Source of the DNA: an uncultured Chitinophaga sp.
GTDB lineage: Bacteria; Bacteroidota; Bacteroidia; Chitinophagales; LD1
Assembly (NCBI GenBank): GCA_964423405.1
Contig: CAYREY010000005.1
Span: forward strand, 494-64,493
Reading direction: 5' to 3'
DNA: 64,000 nucleotides
In this document: in pieces, positions 1 to 8,635 of the stretch
How the letters are laid out: the number at the start of each line of letters is the position of its first letter
How positions within the stretch are numbered: position 1 is the first letter of the stretch
Notes under the pieces: generated by a model
What the model saw: only the letters and a program-made list of their open reading frames with translations
Told to the model about the DNA's origin: nothing
The model's database searches: none
Translations under genes and position numbers: made by a program

Positions 1-64
1 TGATGATTTAGAAAAGGCTATAAAACATGATAACATGGAAGAATGGCTCAGTTTCGTAAAGACA

Positions 65-337
65 TCAATAGAAAAACAGAAGGAATTGCAGGATTTTCAA
101 AATAGGAAATGAGAGTATTCGTCTATTTTCTAATTTGGTTACTACAGGGTGGTATAAAGGTAAACCTCCGGTGAATCCCGTATAGTTTAATCGGGCAATA
201 TTTCCTTTCATCTTGGTTAATGGTATGTCCGGCAATTTTTTAAGCGTAGCTGGCAACCATTCGCAGGGGTTTTCGCCGTTGTTGGTGTTATAGCTTTCCC
301 GAAAAATAAACAGAGTAGCATCACCAACTGCCGCCAA
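65..337 (-). CDS. hypothetical protein, weakly supported, possibly a remnant
   Basis: 90-codon ORF with a TTG start. The frame stays open upstream to 418 and overlaps the stop of the 394..879 ORF. No motif recognised. Its 3' end overlaps a + strand open frame (2..112) entering from the window edge, so one of the two is probably not real. Confidence 0.3.
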   Translation of the reverse strand: MAAVGDATLFIFRESYNTNNGENPCEWLPATLKKLPDIPLTKMKGNIARLNYTGFTGGLPLYHPVVTKLENRRILSFPILKILQFLLFFY

Positions 338-393
338 AGACGCATAACAAATGCTATAGTCGTTTACATCCTCCTCCCCTGGCTCAGGCTTAG

Positions 394-879
394 CTACATA
401 CGAGGACGACTTGGGGTACTATAAATACTAACATTTATGTTGTTACTTACAATATAATCTTCAAATTTTTGTGTAACATTTCCACTCACTCGAAAAATAG
501 AGTGATCACTATGATACGCATATAAAAATTCAGCTTGTGTGTTTGTAACGTAAAAAGTCATCGCAGGACATTCATTCATAATTTCTGGTATTACCCCTCC
601 ATTATTTAATACAAAGACGGACTTATCATTCGCCTCTTCGAAAAAAACTATTACTTCATCATCTTTCAATAACTCACTAAACCATTCCCATGCAAAATCA
701 AAAATTACACCTTTAAAATCGGTTAGCTGCTCCCAAAGCGGATATAGATACTGTCTGTTTTTTGTAAATTTTATATATATGGTTTGCCTTAATCTATTGG
801 CACTATCAGCGTCTAAGATTATATAGTTAATACCTAAATAAATCAAGGCATTCTTGTATTGTTCACTTTCTCTCCACAT
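394..879 (-). CDS. hypothetical cytoplasmic protein in a low-GC block
   Basis: 161-aa ORF with an ATG start and no signal peptide. It is visibly more AT-rich than the rest of the window. No family motif recognised. The size and composition resemble immunity-type accessory genes, but that is inference only. Confidence 0.55.
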   Translation of the reverse strand: MWRESEQYKNALIYLGINYIILDADSANRLRQTIYIKFTKNRQYLYPLWEQLTDFKGVIFDFAWEWFSELLKDDEVIVFFEEANDKSVFVLNNGGVIPEIMNECPAMTFYVTNTQAEFLYAYHSDHSIFRVSGNVTQKFEDYIVSNNINVSIYSTPSRPRM

Positions 880-1238
880 AATACTAAGCTACTCTTTTTT
901 CTTACTACGACTAGCGGTTACCTCGCCCACTGGCGTGAGCGTCCGCTCGTGCCAAAGGTAACACTCCACTGGCGTGGGCGTAGGCTGTGCCTACGTCCGG
1001 CAAGTTAGTAGCTTATAGCTACATTAGTTAAAATAAATCAATATTTACTAACCCGGTTGGGTTTGTGTTCCCGCGGGGTCTCTGGAGCCAGGCCTGTGCG
1101 GGGCAGCACCCTGCGGCTACTAAACCTTTACTATTTACTTAATCTGTATCCGGCTCTTTATTCGCAGCAGGGTCCCGCCTCGTTTATTTATTGGGCGGAG
1201 ACCCCGCTGGGACAATAGTAGTACCGGTGCAGCAATAG

Positions 1239-1934
1239 CTAATCGGGTTGTGTAAGTGCGCTTTTATAGTTTTCGCCAATGGGTATTGTATGCGCCCCCA
1301 TATAAACCAGTTTATTTTCTATGGCATTAATTTTAAACCTGTTTACCGCATACGAACGGTGGGTACGTACAAACTGCTGTGCCGGCAACAAGCTTAGCAC
1401 TGCGGTAAACGGCTGGTGAAAATCGCGGTGGCTATCATCGCTGAAAACAATACGCGTGTTATTCCCTTTGGCCTCCAGGTACAGTATCTCGGCCCGGTTA
1501 ATCTTAATAGATTTGCGGCCCTGCTTTAAAAACAAATGCGCCGGTGCAGTAGTATCTGCCGTTGGTGGCATGGGCTTTTCGCTACTGCCTAACTTTTGTA
1601 TGGCTTTCATAAACCGCTCAAACGATACCGGCTTCATCAGGTAATCCAGCACGTTTAATTCAAACGCCTCTACCGCATGTTCGGCGTATGCAGTTACAAA
1701 TATTATCTGTACACTGCTGTTTAAGGTTTTGGCCAGGCTTAAGCCGGTAAGCAGGGGCATATTAATATCCAGCAGCAGCAGGTGGTAGCTTTGCTGTTGC
1801 AGTTTACCTATGGTCTCTACACCATCTTTGGCCTCCTCTATGGTTTCAAAAAAACACGATTGCTCGCAGAACTGTTTCATAATTCTGCGCTGTATAGGCT
1901 CATCATCCACTATCAGCACACTATACTTTTTCAT
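1239..1934 (-). CDS. LytR/AlgR-family response regulator (REC + LytTR DNA-binding domain)
   Basis: N-terminus VLIVDDEP...LLLLDINMP is a receiver domain with a phospho-acceptor Asp. The C-terminal ~100 aa (IKINRAEILYLEAKGNNTRIVF...RTHRSYAVN) is typical LytTR. It overlaps the upstream kinase gene by 14 nt. Confidence 0.9.
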   Translation of the reverse strand: MKKYSVLIVDDEPIQRRIMKQFCEQSCFFETIEEAKDGVETIGKLQQQSYHLLLLDINMPLLTGLSLAKTLNSSVQIIFVTAYAEHAVEAFELNVLDYLMKPVSFERFMKAIQKLGSSEKPMPPTADTTAPAHLFLKQGRKSIKINRAEILYLEAKGNNTRIVFSDDSHRDFHQPFTAVLSLLPAQQFVRTHRSYAVNRFKINAIENKLVYMGAHTIPIGENYKSALTQPD

Positions 1935-2955
1935 GGTGTTTTAGTTTCATTTCAAGCTTTACAACATACCGGTTGCCGGCTACGCCCATATCCAGTTTAT
2001 TGGTATCGTTACCATACAGCTCCAGCCTTTTTGCTACATTTTTCAACCCTATGCCTCCGGGGTTATTGCCTGTAGCCGGTGGCCTTTGCGGAAACGTATT
2101 TTCAAGATAAAAAAACAGCCTGTCATTTTCTATTTTAATGTGCCCGGTTATCTCTACCAGGTTGCCGGCTACATGGCTGCTGTGTTTAAACGCATTTTCT
2201 AAAAAAACAATCATTACAGCCGGTGGCACATAAAGTACAGTTGGTACTTGCTGCGGAAAGCTGAATACAAACCGCAGGTTATCGCCATGCCGTATCTTTT
2301 CCAGTTCTATATAATCTTTCAGGTACGCTATCTCCTTCTCCAGCAAAATATACTCCGACTCTGAATGATAAATTTGGTGGCGCAGTATGTTAGATAAGCG
2401 TACCATAAGGCCCGGTAGGGTATCGGCTTTCTCTAACGCCAGGCCGTAAAAATTGTTGAGCGTATTAAACAAAAAGTGCGGGTGTATCTGCGAGCGCAAA
2501 AAATATTCTTTCTGCCGCAGCAGTTCTTCTTTAGCCTGCATTTCGCGGTACAGCGCCAGGTAAGCGGCTCGGCCTGCTTTAAGCGCCATGGCAAAGGCCG
2601 CCAGAAAAACATACATGGCCAAAAAATTTTGAAACGAAATAGTTTTGCCTTCGCCATTGCTTATATTATACAACCAGGCATTGGCGTTGGTAAACAGCAC
2701 CAGCAACCCAACAAAAGCCAGCAGCGCCAGTAATAGCCTGCGGCGGGTTATCAGTTTATCATATATGATATACAGCGCTGCGTTAACCCACAAAAAGTAC
2801 AGCACCATTACACCCACATAGTTGGCCAGCAAAAAAGTAAGCGGGTAGCTTTTGCCCACATAGCCCATGCCTAAGGCAAGTGCCCACACCAGCCAAAACA
2901 CTACGTGCAGTGTAACGCGCTTTTGTAAAATGGTTATCAGTTGCCGGCTGTTCAC
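1921..2955 (-). CDS. LytS/YehU-type sensor histidine kinase (membrane)
   Basis: About 5 N-terminal TM helices, the H-box motif HPHFLFNTLNN (His_kinase PF06580 type), and a C-terminal GGIGLKN ATPase G-box. GTG start. Translationally coupled to the LytTR regulator. Confidence 0.85.
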   Translation of the reverse strand: MNSRQLITILQKRVTLHVVFWLVWALALGMGYVGKSYPLTFLLANYVGVMVLYFLWVNAALYIIYDKLITRRRLLLALLAFVGLLVLFTNANAWLYNISNGEGKTISFQNFLAMYVFLAAFAMALKAGRAAYLALYREMQAKEELLRQKEYFLRSQIHPHFLFNTLNNFYGLALEKADTLPGLMVRLSNILRHQIYHSESEYILLEKEIAYLKDYIELEKIRHGDNLRFVFSFPQQVPTVLYVPPAVMIVFLENAFKHSSHVAGNLVEITGHIKIENDRLFFYLENTFPQRPPATGNNPGGIGLKNVAKRLELYGNDTNKLDMGVAGNRYVVKLEMKLKHHEKV

Positions 2956-2961
2956 CTGGTG

Positions 2962-3606
2962 CTACTTTATTTTGTACATAAATGTAAGGCCTACAAAAGA
3001 CTTATAATCTACCACGCCCACATTAAATAGTTTCGAGCGCGGATCATCATCGGCAATGCCGGCCATACTAAACTGAAACTGCCCCTGCAAACCAAACAGC
3101 TTTTTGCGGCCCATGTAGCCACCCAGTTTGGTACGCAGCCCCCAGTCGAACGCATTATACGTGTACTGGTAGCTTACATCCAAATCTATATTACGGTTTA
3201 TTACACGGCCTTTGTTAAGCACATTAAAGTAACCAATATATGGAGCTATACCTATAAAAAAGGTATTCTTTTTAGCCGGCAGAAACTCAAAGTTGACCAA
3301 CAGGTTAATGCGGCTTTCTACAAAGGTGGCTTTATCGGTATTGCGGTTTTGCGGAAACCACTGTTTGTTGGGTACAAAAAAGAAAGCGGTTTGTACCGAT
3401 GGCCCAATGCGCAGCCACTTGTTATGGTAAGGGTAGTAACCGGCGTTTACTTCAAAACCCTGGTTGTAAAATTCGGGCAGGTTGTAGCCGGCCTCTATCG
3501 TCCACACCGGATGGCGGTAAGTGGTATCGGCTTTTTGAGCATTGGCCACAGGTAGCAGTACTAGTAGCAGCATCGCTGCCAGTATATTTCTAATTATTGA
3601 ACACAT
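2962..3606 (-). CDS. outer-membrane beta-barrel protein (porin-family-like)
   Basis: Signal peptide LLLVLLPVANAQ, an alternating aromatic/Gly-rich beta-strand pattern, and a C-terminal ...FMYKIK. Overlaps the upstream esterase stop by 17 nt. Confidence 0.6.
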   Translation of the reverse strand: MCSIIRNILAAMLLLVLLPVANAQKADTTYRHPVWTIEAGYNLPEFYNQGFEVNAGYYPYHNKWLRIGPSVQTAFFFVPNKQWFPQNRNTDKATFVESRINLLVNFEFLPAKKNTFFIGIAPYIGYFNVLNKGRVINRNIDLDVSYQYTYNAFDWGLRTKLGGYMGRKKLFGLQGQFQFSMAGIADDDPRSKLFNVGVVDYKSFVGLTFMYKIK

Positions 3607-4411
3607 ATTTCAATCCGTTTTTAAATGAAGGAAATGGGTCGGTAGCGTGCGATTTGGGATAGGTTTCAAAAGCCACCTTCAGGTTGGGGTAATTGCGCGA
3701 GGCTATACGGTTATAAAACTGCTGGTGCATAGCCGGAGCGCTGCCTACCAGTTCGCCACAGCCTATAAAAAGCGTAGCCGGTATATCGCTTACGGTTTGC
3801 GCCACCTGTGCCTCTTTTACAAACACGGCATTATCTTTACCCAAACCAATACTGCAACTGGCGGCTACTACTTTTTTAAAGAAAGGGTTGGCCGCATTAT
3901 CCAGCAGCAAGTAAAGGGCAAAAAAGCCGCCGAGCGAGTGGCCTAAAAAGGTACGTTGGGTGGTATCGCAGGGGTAGGTAGTTTCTACACGCGGGGCCAG
4001 TTCGCTGGTTAAAAAACGGAAAAACTTATCGCCGTTGGCTTTATCAAAACCGGGGTCTTCTATGGGATACACCAGGTCGGCAGAGCGGGCATATACCCCA
4101 TCGCCTTTTTTATAATCGATAGATACCATCAGTACTTTCGGTATCTCTCCCGATGATGATAAATCGGAAATGATACCGGCGGTCATATCCTTGTACCAAA
4201 AACCATCGGTAACATACACCACCGGTACCGGTGTGGCGGGCATTTCGGCGCCGGGGTAAAACACCGTAATGGTGTATTCGGTACCGGTGTTGGCCGATGT
4301 AATATCAAATTGTTGCGAGGTACCCAGCTTTGCCAGCGGATCTTTATTGCACGAGCTGATGGTGGTAAGTACCACCGCCCACAGCAGCAGATAATAATGT
4401 TTGTATGGCAT
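3590..4411 (-). CDS. alpha/beta-hydrolase, 'putative esterase' family lipoprotein
   Basis: GHSLGG nucleophile elbow. Start reset to M23 (ATG 4409-4411), which gives the lipoprotein signal MPYKHYYLLLWAVVLTTISSC. First gene of a tightly packed 4-gene minus-strand operon. Confidence 0.8.
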   Translation of the reverse strand: MPYKHYYLLLWAVVLTTISSCNKDPLAKLGTSQQFDITSANTGTEYTITVFYPGAEMPATPVPVVYVTDGFWYKDMTAGIISDLSSSGEIPKVLMVSIDYKKGDGVYARSADLVYPIEDPGFDKANGDKFFRFLTSELAPRVETTYPCDTTQRTFLGHSLGGFFALYLLLDNAANPFFKKVVAASCSIGLGKDNAVFVKEAQVAQTVSDIPATLFIGCGELVGSAPAMHQQFYNRIASRNYPNLKVAFETYPKSHATDPFPSFKNGLKYVFNN

Positions 4412-4545
4412 ATAGTTTATTTTACTGCAAATGTGCAGCCCATACGCTACTACTACTACATGGCATGACAGACACACGCCTGCGCGTGACGAACAGGCGA
4501 GTAAACGTGATGAAAAGTTTGGTGTTAACTGATGTTAGTATAAAC

Positions 4546-4583
4546 AAAAAACACGGCTGCCTGCATTATGCAAAACAGCCGTG
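4546..4583 (-). terminator. rho-independent terminator of ssrA
   Basis: On the minus strand, CACGGCTG-16 nt loop-CAGCCGTG followed by TTTTTTG, about 10 nt after the tmRNA 3' end. Confidence 0.75.
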
Positions 4584-4593
4584 TTGGCTTTAG

Positions 4594-4962
4594 TGGTGGA
4601 GCTGGTGGGAATTGAACCCACGTCCGGATAAGATGATGATAAACCCTCTACATGTGTAGATACTTATTGATTGTAGGAATAGGGCAGGATAAGTAACCCT
4701 CCAACCTTCTTCTTACATCTGTCGTTCATACACCGCTAAGTAGATGAAGCTTAGCGGGTACGTTACCAGGTTTTGGTTGCCAGCGCGCTGTGTATGGTAC
4801 CTCAAGCGCGGGGCAAATGGTGGTTAATCTCTAAGATTAAGCAGCCATGGCGTAGCTAGGCTCGCCGTTTAAAATTGTTTGCATAATGGATTAACGTGGT
4901 ACTTATACACCCACGACATGCCAGTTTACCGTCAATGCTTCCCGTCAATACCGGTCAGCCCC
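4594..4962 (-). ncRNA. ssrA: tmRNA (transfer-messenger RNA)
   Basis: The minus strand starts GGGGCUGACCGGUAUUGACGGG and ends ...GGGUUCAAUUCCCACCAGCUCCACCA (tRNA-Ala-like acceptor/T-arm). The internal tag frame reads ...AAC GGC GAG CCU AGC UAC GCC AUG GCU GCU UAA, giving ..N-G-E-P-S-Y-A-M-A-A*. Confidence 0.92.
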
Positions 4963-5146
4963 GTTTGAGAATATAAGCACGCCCATGCGGTATAAACCGG
5001 CACTATGCGCTTACTTCTGCTATCAAAGAACAATGCAAAGGTATCAAATTGTTTGCCAACTGCATAAGCGGCCAGTTTGTCGGGTAGCGCAACACCTTAT
5101 TTATCAGCAGCTACTACCATATAACCATTGTGTTACAAATTCTTAA

Positions 5147-5175
5147 TTTGCAGGTAGCCAAGGCGTGTAGCTTTG
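5147..5175 (+). promoter_or_regulatory. Bacteroidota-type sigma-A promoter for the collagen-like gene
   Basis: TTTG (5147-5150), 17 nt spacer, TAGCTTTG (5168-5175), an exact match to -7 TAnnTTTG. It lies 36 nt upstream of ATG 5211 and supports that start over the GTG at 5130. Confidence 0.45.
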
Positions 5176-5210
5176 CGCCATACCCCACCAGGGGCACCAA
5201 CAACAGGATT

Positions 5211-7025
5211 ATGAAAAAAACAGGTTTACTTTTTATGCTGTGCATGGCCGCTATGCTGCATGCCACAGCGCAGGCACCACAGTTGTTTAACTACCAGGCG
5301 GTGGTGCGTAACACAGCCGGGCAGGCCGTAGCGCAGGGCACACCGGTATCGTTCCGGTTTAGCATACATAACAACACCCCTACCGGTGCGGTGGTATTTA
5401 CCGAAACACAGGATACCGTAACCGGCCAGTTTGGCCTGGTAAACCTGCACATAGGCAAAAGCAATAACCTGCCTACGGTTAACTGGGGCAACGGTGCCAA
5501 ATACCTACAGGTAGAGATGGACTTAAACAACCAGGGTAGCTATACCGATATGGGTACCTCGCAACTTATAAGCGTACCGTATGCCTTGTATGCCGCCAAC
5601 AGCGCGCCCGGCCCCGCAGGGCCAACCGGTGCTGCAGGTGCACCCGGCGCTACCGGCCCGGCAGGTGTAACCGGTGCTACTGGCGCCAACGGACAAAACG
5701 GTGCTACCGGTGCAACCGGACCGGCAGGTGCAAACGGTAACGATGGTGCTACCGGCCCTACCGGTTTAAACGGAGATACAGGTCCCACCGGTCCTACAGG
5801 CGCTGCTGGTGCCAACGGAACAGATGGCAATAACGGCGCTACCGGCCCTGCCGGTGCCGATGGCAATACAGGCCCAACCGGTGCCGATGGAACAAACGGC
5901 ACAGATGGTGCTACCGGCCCTACCGGTGCAACCGGGTTAAATGGCAACACAGGTGCTACCGGCCCTACAGGCGCTAACGGTACAAACGGTACTACAGGCC
6001 CTACTGGTGCAACCGGTGCCGATGGTGCAACCGGCCCGGCCGGTGCTGCCGGTTTAAATGGTAACACGGGTGCTACCGGTGCTGTAGGCCCTACGGGTGC
6101 CAACGGAACAAACGGCACTACCGGAGCCACAGGTGCTACCGGCCCCACCGGTATTACCGGCCCTACCGGTGCAGGCGGTGGTGTATGCGGCACGGCTGCT
6201 ATTAACTACCTGGGTAAGTTTACCAATACCACTACGGTGTGCAACTCGGTAATATACGATAACGGAACCGGTGCCGGTATAGGCACTACCAATATTAATA
6301 CCCTGTTTGATGTAGTAGGCGGTGCCAGCGGCGCAACCACCCGTTTGCTTACTGTGCGCAGCAATTACATAGCCGATAATACCGGTACCGGTATTGCGTT
6401 AATTAACTCTACCTCATCAAGCAGCAACGTGGGCGCGCAGATAGATGCGCTTACCACCGGTTCGGCTAACGGGCGTAGCGAACTTATTTTTAAAGTGCAC
6501 GGCGGCGGTGGCGGAAACGGTGCACTGCTAGAGCGCGTGCGCATACAGGGCGATGGCAACGTGGGTATAGGTTATGCAGCCCCTACCGAAAGGCTGGCTG
6601 TAAACGGCAATGCACAAATAGATGGTGCGCTAAAAGGCAGCGTGCGCTACTACACCTCATCTACCACTACCAGCGGCAACGTAAGCACCAATGTAGATTA
6701 CCTGACGCTTACCGGTGTAACACCGGGCACTACAGCAGGTACGTACCTGGTTACGTTTTCGTGGTGCGGTACCGACCATACCTCTTCGGGTGCCGATGTA
6801 ATGACCGTGGATTACAGCGGCGATGCCACTACCGGTAATACCCTGCTAACCAACCAAAGCTACCCTAAGGAGTACCTTACCAATAACAACATGATATGCA
6901 ACAGCTACCAGAAAGTGGTAAACATTGCAGCCGGTGCTACGTGGACTTTTAAAATTAAACTGCTGGGTGCTACCCACGCCGGCGAAATATTTGAAGGTAC
7001 TATATCGGCCATACGCGTAAACTAA
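5211..7025 (+). CDS. secreted collagen-like triple-helix repeat protein with a tail-fibre-like C-terminal region
   Basis: Signal peptide [22 protein letters not shown], a ~112-aa N-terminal domain, 63 uninterrupted Gly-X-Y triplets by my count, and a ~280-aa C-terminal domain containing [34 protein letters not shown]. Confidence 0.85.
   Translation: MKKTGLLFMLCMAAMLHATAQAPQLFNYQAVVRNTAGQAVAQGTPVSFRFSIHNNTPTGAVVFTETQDTVTGQFGLVNLHIGKSNNLPTVNWGNGAKYLQVEMDLNNQGSYTDMGTSQLISVPYALYAANSAPGPAGPTGAAGAPGATGPAGVTGATGANGQNGATGATGPAGANGNDGATGPTGLNGDTGPTGPTGAAGANGTDGNNGATGPAGADGNTGPTGADGTNGTDGATGPTGATGLNGNTGATGPTGANGTNGTTGPTGATGADGATGPAGAAGLNGNTGATGAVGPTGANGTNGTTGATGATGPTGITGPTGAGGGVCGTAAINYLGKFTNTTTVCNSVIYDNGTGAGIGTTNINTLFDVVGGASGATTRLLTVRSNYIADNTGTGIALINSTSSSSNVGAQIDALTTGSANGRSELIFKVHGGGGGNGALLERVRIQGDGNVGIGYAAPTERLAVNGNAQIDGALKGSVRYYTSSTTTSGNVSTNVDYLTLTGVTPGTTAGTYLVTFSWCGTDHTSSGADVMTVDYSGDATTGNTLLTNQSYPKEYLTNNNMICNSYQKVVNIAAGATWTFKIKLLGATHAGEIFEGTISAIRVN
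5610..6176 (+). repeat. in-frame (GGN-NNN-NNN)n collagen triplet repeat
   Basis: [19 protein letters not shown]...GITGPTGAG, mostly G-A/P/T-T/N/D triplets. It produces a spurious Pro-rich antisense ORF. Confidence 0.9.
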
Positions 7026-7050
7026 GCGCAGGCACCAACCTACAACCGGC

Positions 7051-7362
7051 TTATTGGCCGTTGGGTAGCTTGCTTAATATTTTGTTATCTATATAAAACG
7101 TACCAAAAGGTATAAAGCAGGCCAGCACTACACGCCATACGGTATCAAATTTCCACTTATGCTCTATACCTACACTAAGTGCATTTAGCAGAAAAAGTAA
7201 AAATATAGCACCGTGCACCGGCCCTATGGCCTGCACCAGCGTAGGGTTGCCGCCCAGGTATTTTACCGGTACTGCTACAAATACCAATACCAGTAAACTA
7301 ATACCCTCTAATAAACCCAGTATGCGCAGCCATCCGGTTTTTGTTTTTAATAAGTGTGTCAT
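7051..7362 (-). CDS. DUF3817-family small integral membrane protein
   Basis: WLRILGLLEGISLLVLVFVAVPVKYLGGNP...GPVHGAIFLLFLLN is typical of the family. Start reset to M10 (ATG 7360-7362), 1 nt after the upstream stop. Confidence 0.7.
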   Translation of the reverse strand: MTHLLKTKTGWLRILGLLEGISLLVLVFVAVPVKYLGGNPTLVQAIGPVHGAIFLLFLLNALSVGIEHKWKFDTVWRVVLACFIPFGTFYIDNKILSKLPNGQ

Positions 7363-7363
7363 G

Positions 7364-7822
7364 TTATCGTAAATAAGGTCGGTTTGCAAATGGAGAAAAA
7401 GGCCATGGTATGGCTATGAATATAATAAGCAATGCCACAACATACCATAGCAGCATGGTTTTATATTTATCCGTATCGGCATAGCGGCGTTTGGCCAGTG
7501 CCGAGCCAATGGTAATAATAATAATAGCCACCAGCATAAGCGCCGGGTGGTACAAGCCAAAAAACGAAATATCCATATCGCCCATGGCCTGTTGGCGGTT
7601 ATGCCAAAAGTAACTTACCAGCGGGCTTTTAAAATAAAGCACCATGCCCAGTAACAACTGTATATGCGCTATAGTAGCCGTAACATGCCGGGTAACATCG
7701 GCGGCTTTGGTAAAGGCCAGCTGTAGCAGGCTGCCCCTGGCTGCGGTATAAACAGCATACAGCAAACTTATAAGCACCAGCCAGCGGGTAAGGTGGTGTA
7801 AGTACAGCAGGGTGTTATACAT
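7364..7822 (-). CDS. integral membrane protein, 4 TM, unknown function
   Basis: Hydrophobic helices. Start reset to MYNTLLYLHHLTRW. Co-oriented and contiguous with the DUF3817 gene, downstream of the TetR gene. Confidence 0.6.
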   Translation of the reverse strand: MYNTLLYLHHLTRWLVLISLLYAVYTAARGSLLQLAFTKAADVTRHVTATIAHIQLLLGMVLYFKSPLVSYFWHNRQQAMGDMDISFFGLYHPALMLVAIIIITIGSALAKRRYADTDKYKTMLLWYVVALLIIFIAIPWPFSPFANRPYLR

Positions 7823-7852
7823 AGGGGTAATGTTGTGGTGGCAAACATAGCA

Positions 7853-7878
7853 CAAAACATACTAACTGGTATGTTTTG
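7853..7878. promoter_or_regulatory. candidate TetR operator (palindrome) in front of the membrane-protein pair
   Basis: CAAAACAT-ACTAACTGGT-ATGTTTTG has perfect 8-bp inverted arms. It contains the 13-mer TACTAACTGGTAT, which recurs at 8488-8500. Confidence 0.45.
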
Positions 7879-7889
7879 TTTAAAAAAAA

Positions 7890-8480
7890 TTACCTCAGCG
7901 AGTTCAGGTAGCCTTTAAGTTCTTTTAAATACGGCTGGTAGGCCCTGCTGTTGTTTTCCAGCTTGCCAAAATTGCGTATGCCCCAATAACCCGCCATAAT
8001 AAAAACGGCAGCCTGCCGGGCATTAACATCATTACGTACATAGCCCTTTAGTTTGCCCTGCTCTATGGCGGCGGCTATCAGTTTCATCCATTGCTGCGAT
8101 AGCTCGTTTAGTACCTTGGTAAAAGCGGCATTCCAGGGGGCCATTTCCTGCGTAAGGTTAGAAGCCGGGCAACCGTATTCTACCCGCATAAAATCGTTGC
8201 GCAGCAGTACATCGTACAGCAGGTTGTAAATTGCCTCCAGCGGGTCGTCGTGCTGTTGCAGCGGCTGTATAAAGCCGGCCGTAAGAGCAGGCTTTAGCAG
8301 CTCGTTAATAATGGCCACGCCCATCTCATCTTTATTTTTAAAATGATAGTAGAACGCGCCTTTGGTTACTTTGGTAGTAGCCAGTATATCATCTATACTG
8401 GTGGTTTGGTACCCTTTGGCATAAATAAGCTCAAACGCCTTTTGCAAAATAATTAGCCGGGTAGATGCTGCTTTAGACAT
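7890..8480 (-). CDS. TetR/AcrR-family transcriptional regulator
   Basis: N-terminal HTH GYQTTSIDDILATTKVTKGAFYYHFKNKDE, about 196 aa, all-helical C-terminus. Confidence 0.9.
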   Translation of the reverse strand: MSKAASTRLIILQKAFELIYAKGYQTTSIDDILATTKVTKGAFYYHFKNKDEMGVAIINELLKPALTAGFIQPLQQHDDPLEAIYNLLYDVLLRNDFMRVEYGCPASNLTQEMAPWNAAFTKVLNELSQQWMKLIAAAIEQGKLKGYVRNDVNARQAAVFIMAGYWGIRNFGKLENNSRAYQPYLKELKGYLNSLR

Positions 8481-8487
8481 AAAAAGG

Positions 8488-8500
8488 TACTAACTGGTAT
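8488..8500. promoter_or_regulatory. second copy of the candidate TetR operator, at the TetR gene start
   Basis: TACTAACTGGTAT is identical to 7860-7872 and lies 8 nt upstream of the TetR ATG, in the divergent region shared with the VOC gene. Confidence 0.4.
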
Positions 8501-8635
8501 TTTTTTGTAAAAAAACACAAACCCCGCCACGTATACAAGCCCTGTACCGGTTTACCCATTTTGAAAAAAGCAACTACCTTGCTACCTTGCATGCAAATGC
8601 CCCGTTACAGGGGCCCAACCATCAACTAATGTACT

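Noticed and set aside
2-112. Partial + strand ORF at the window edge (..DDLEKAIKHDNMEEWLSFVKTSIEKQKELQDFQNRK*)
   Set aside because: This is unresolved rather than rejected. Only 36 codons are visible, so it cannot be supported as a feature. It conflicts with the 65..337 minus ORF, and the upstream sequence is needed to decide.
4478-5130. Genomic island integrated at ssrA
   Set aside because: There is no integrase and no direct repeat of the tmRNA 3' end visible on either side. The neighbouring genes show ordinary composition.
5540-6193. 217-aa Pro/Ala/Val-rich ORF on the minus strand
   Set aside because: It is the exact antisense of the collagen G-X-Y repeat (GGN read backwards gives NCC, Pro). 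It is a composition artefact with no independent start context.
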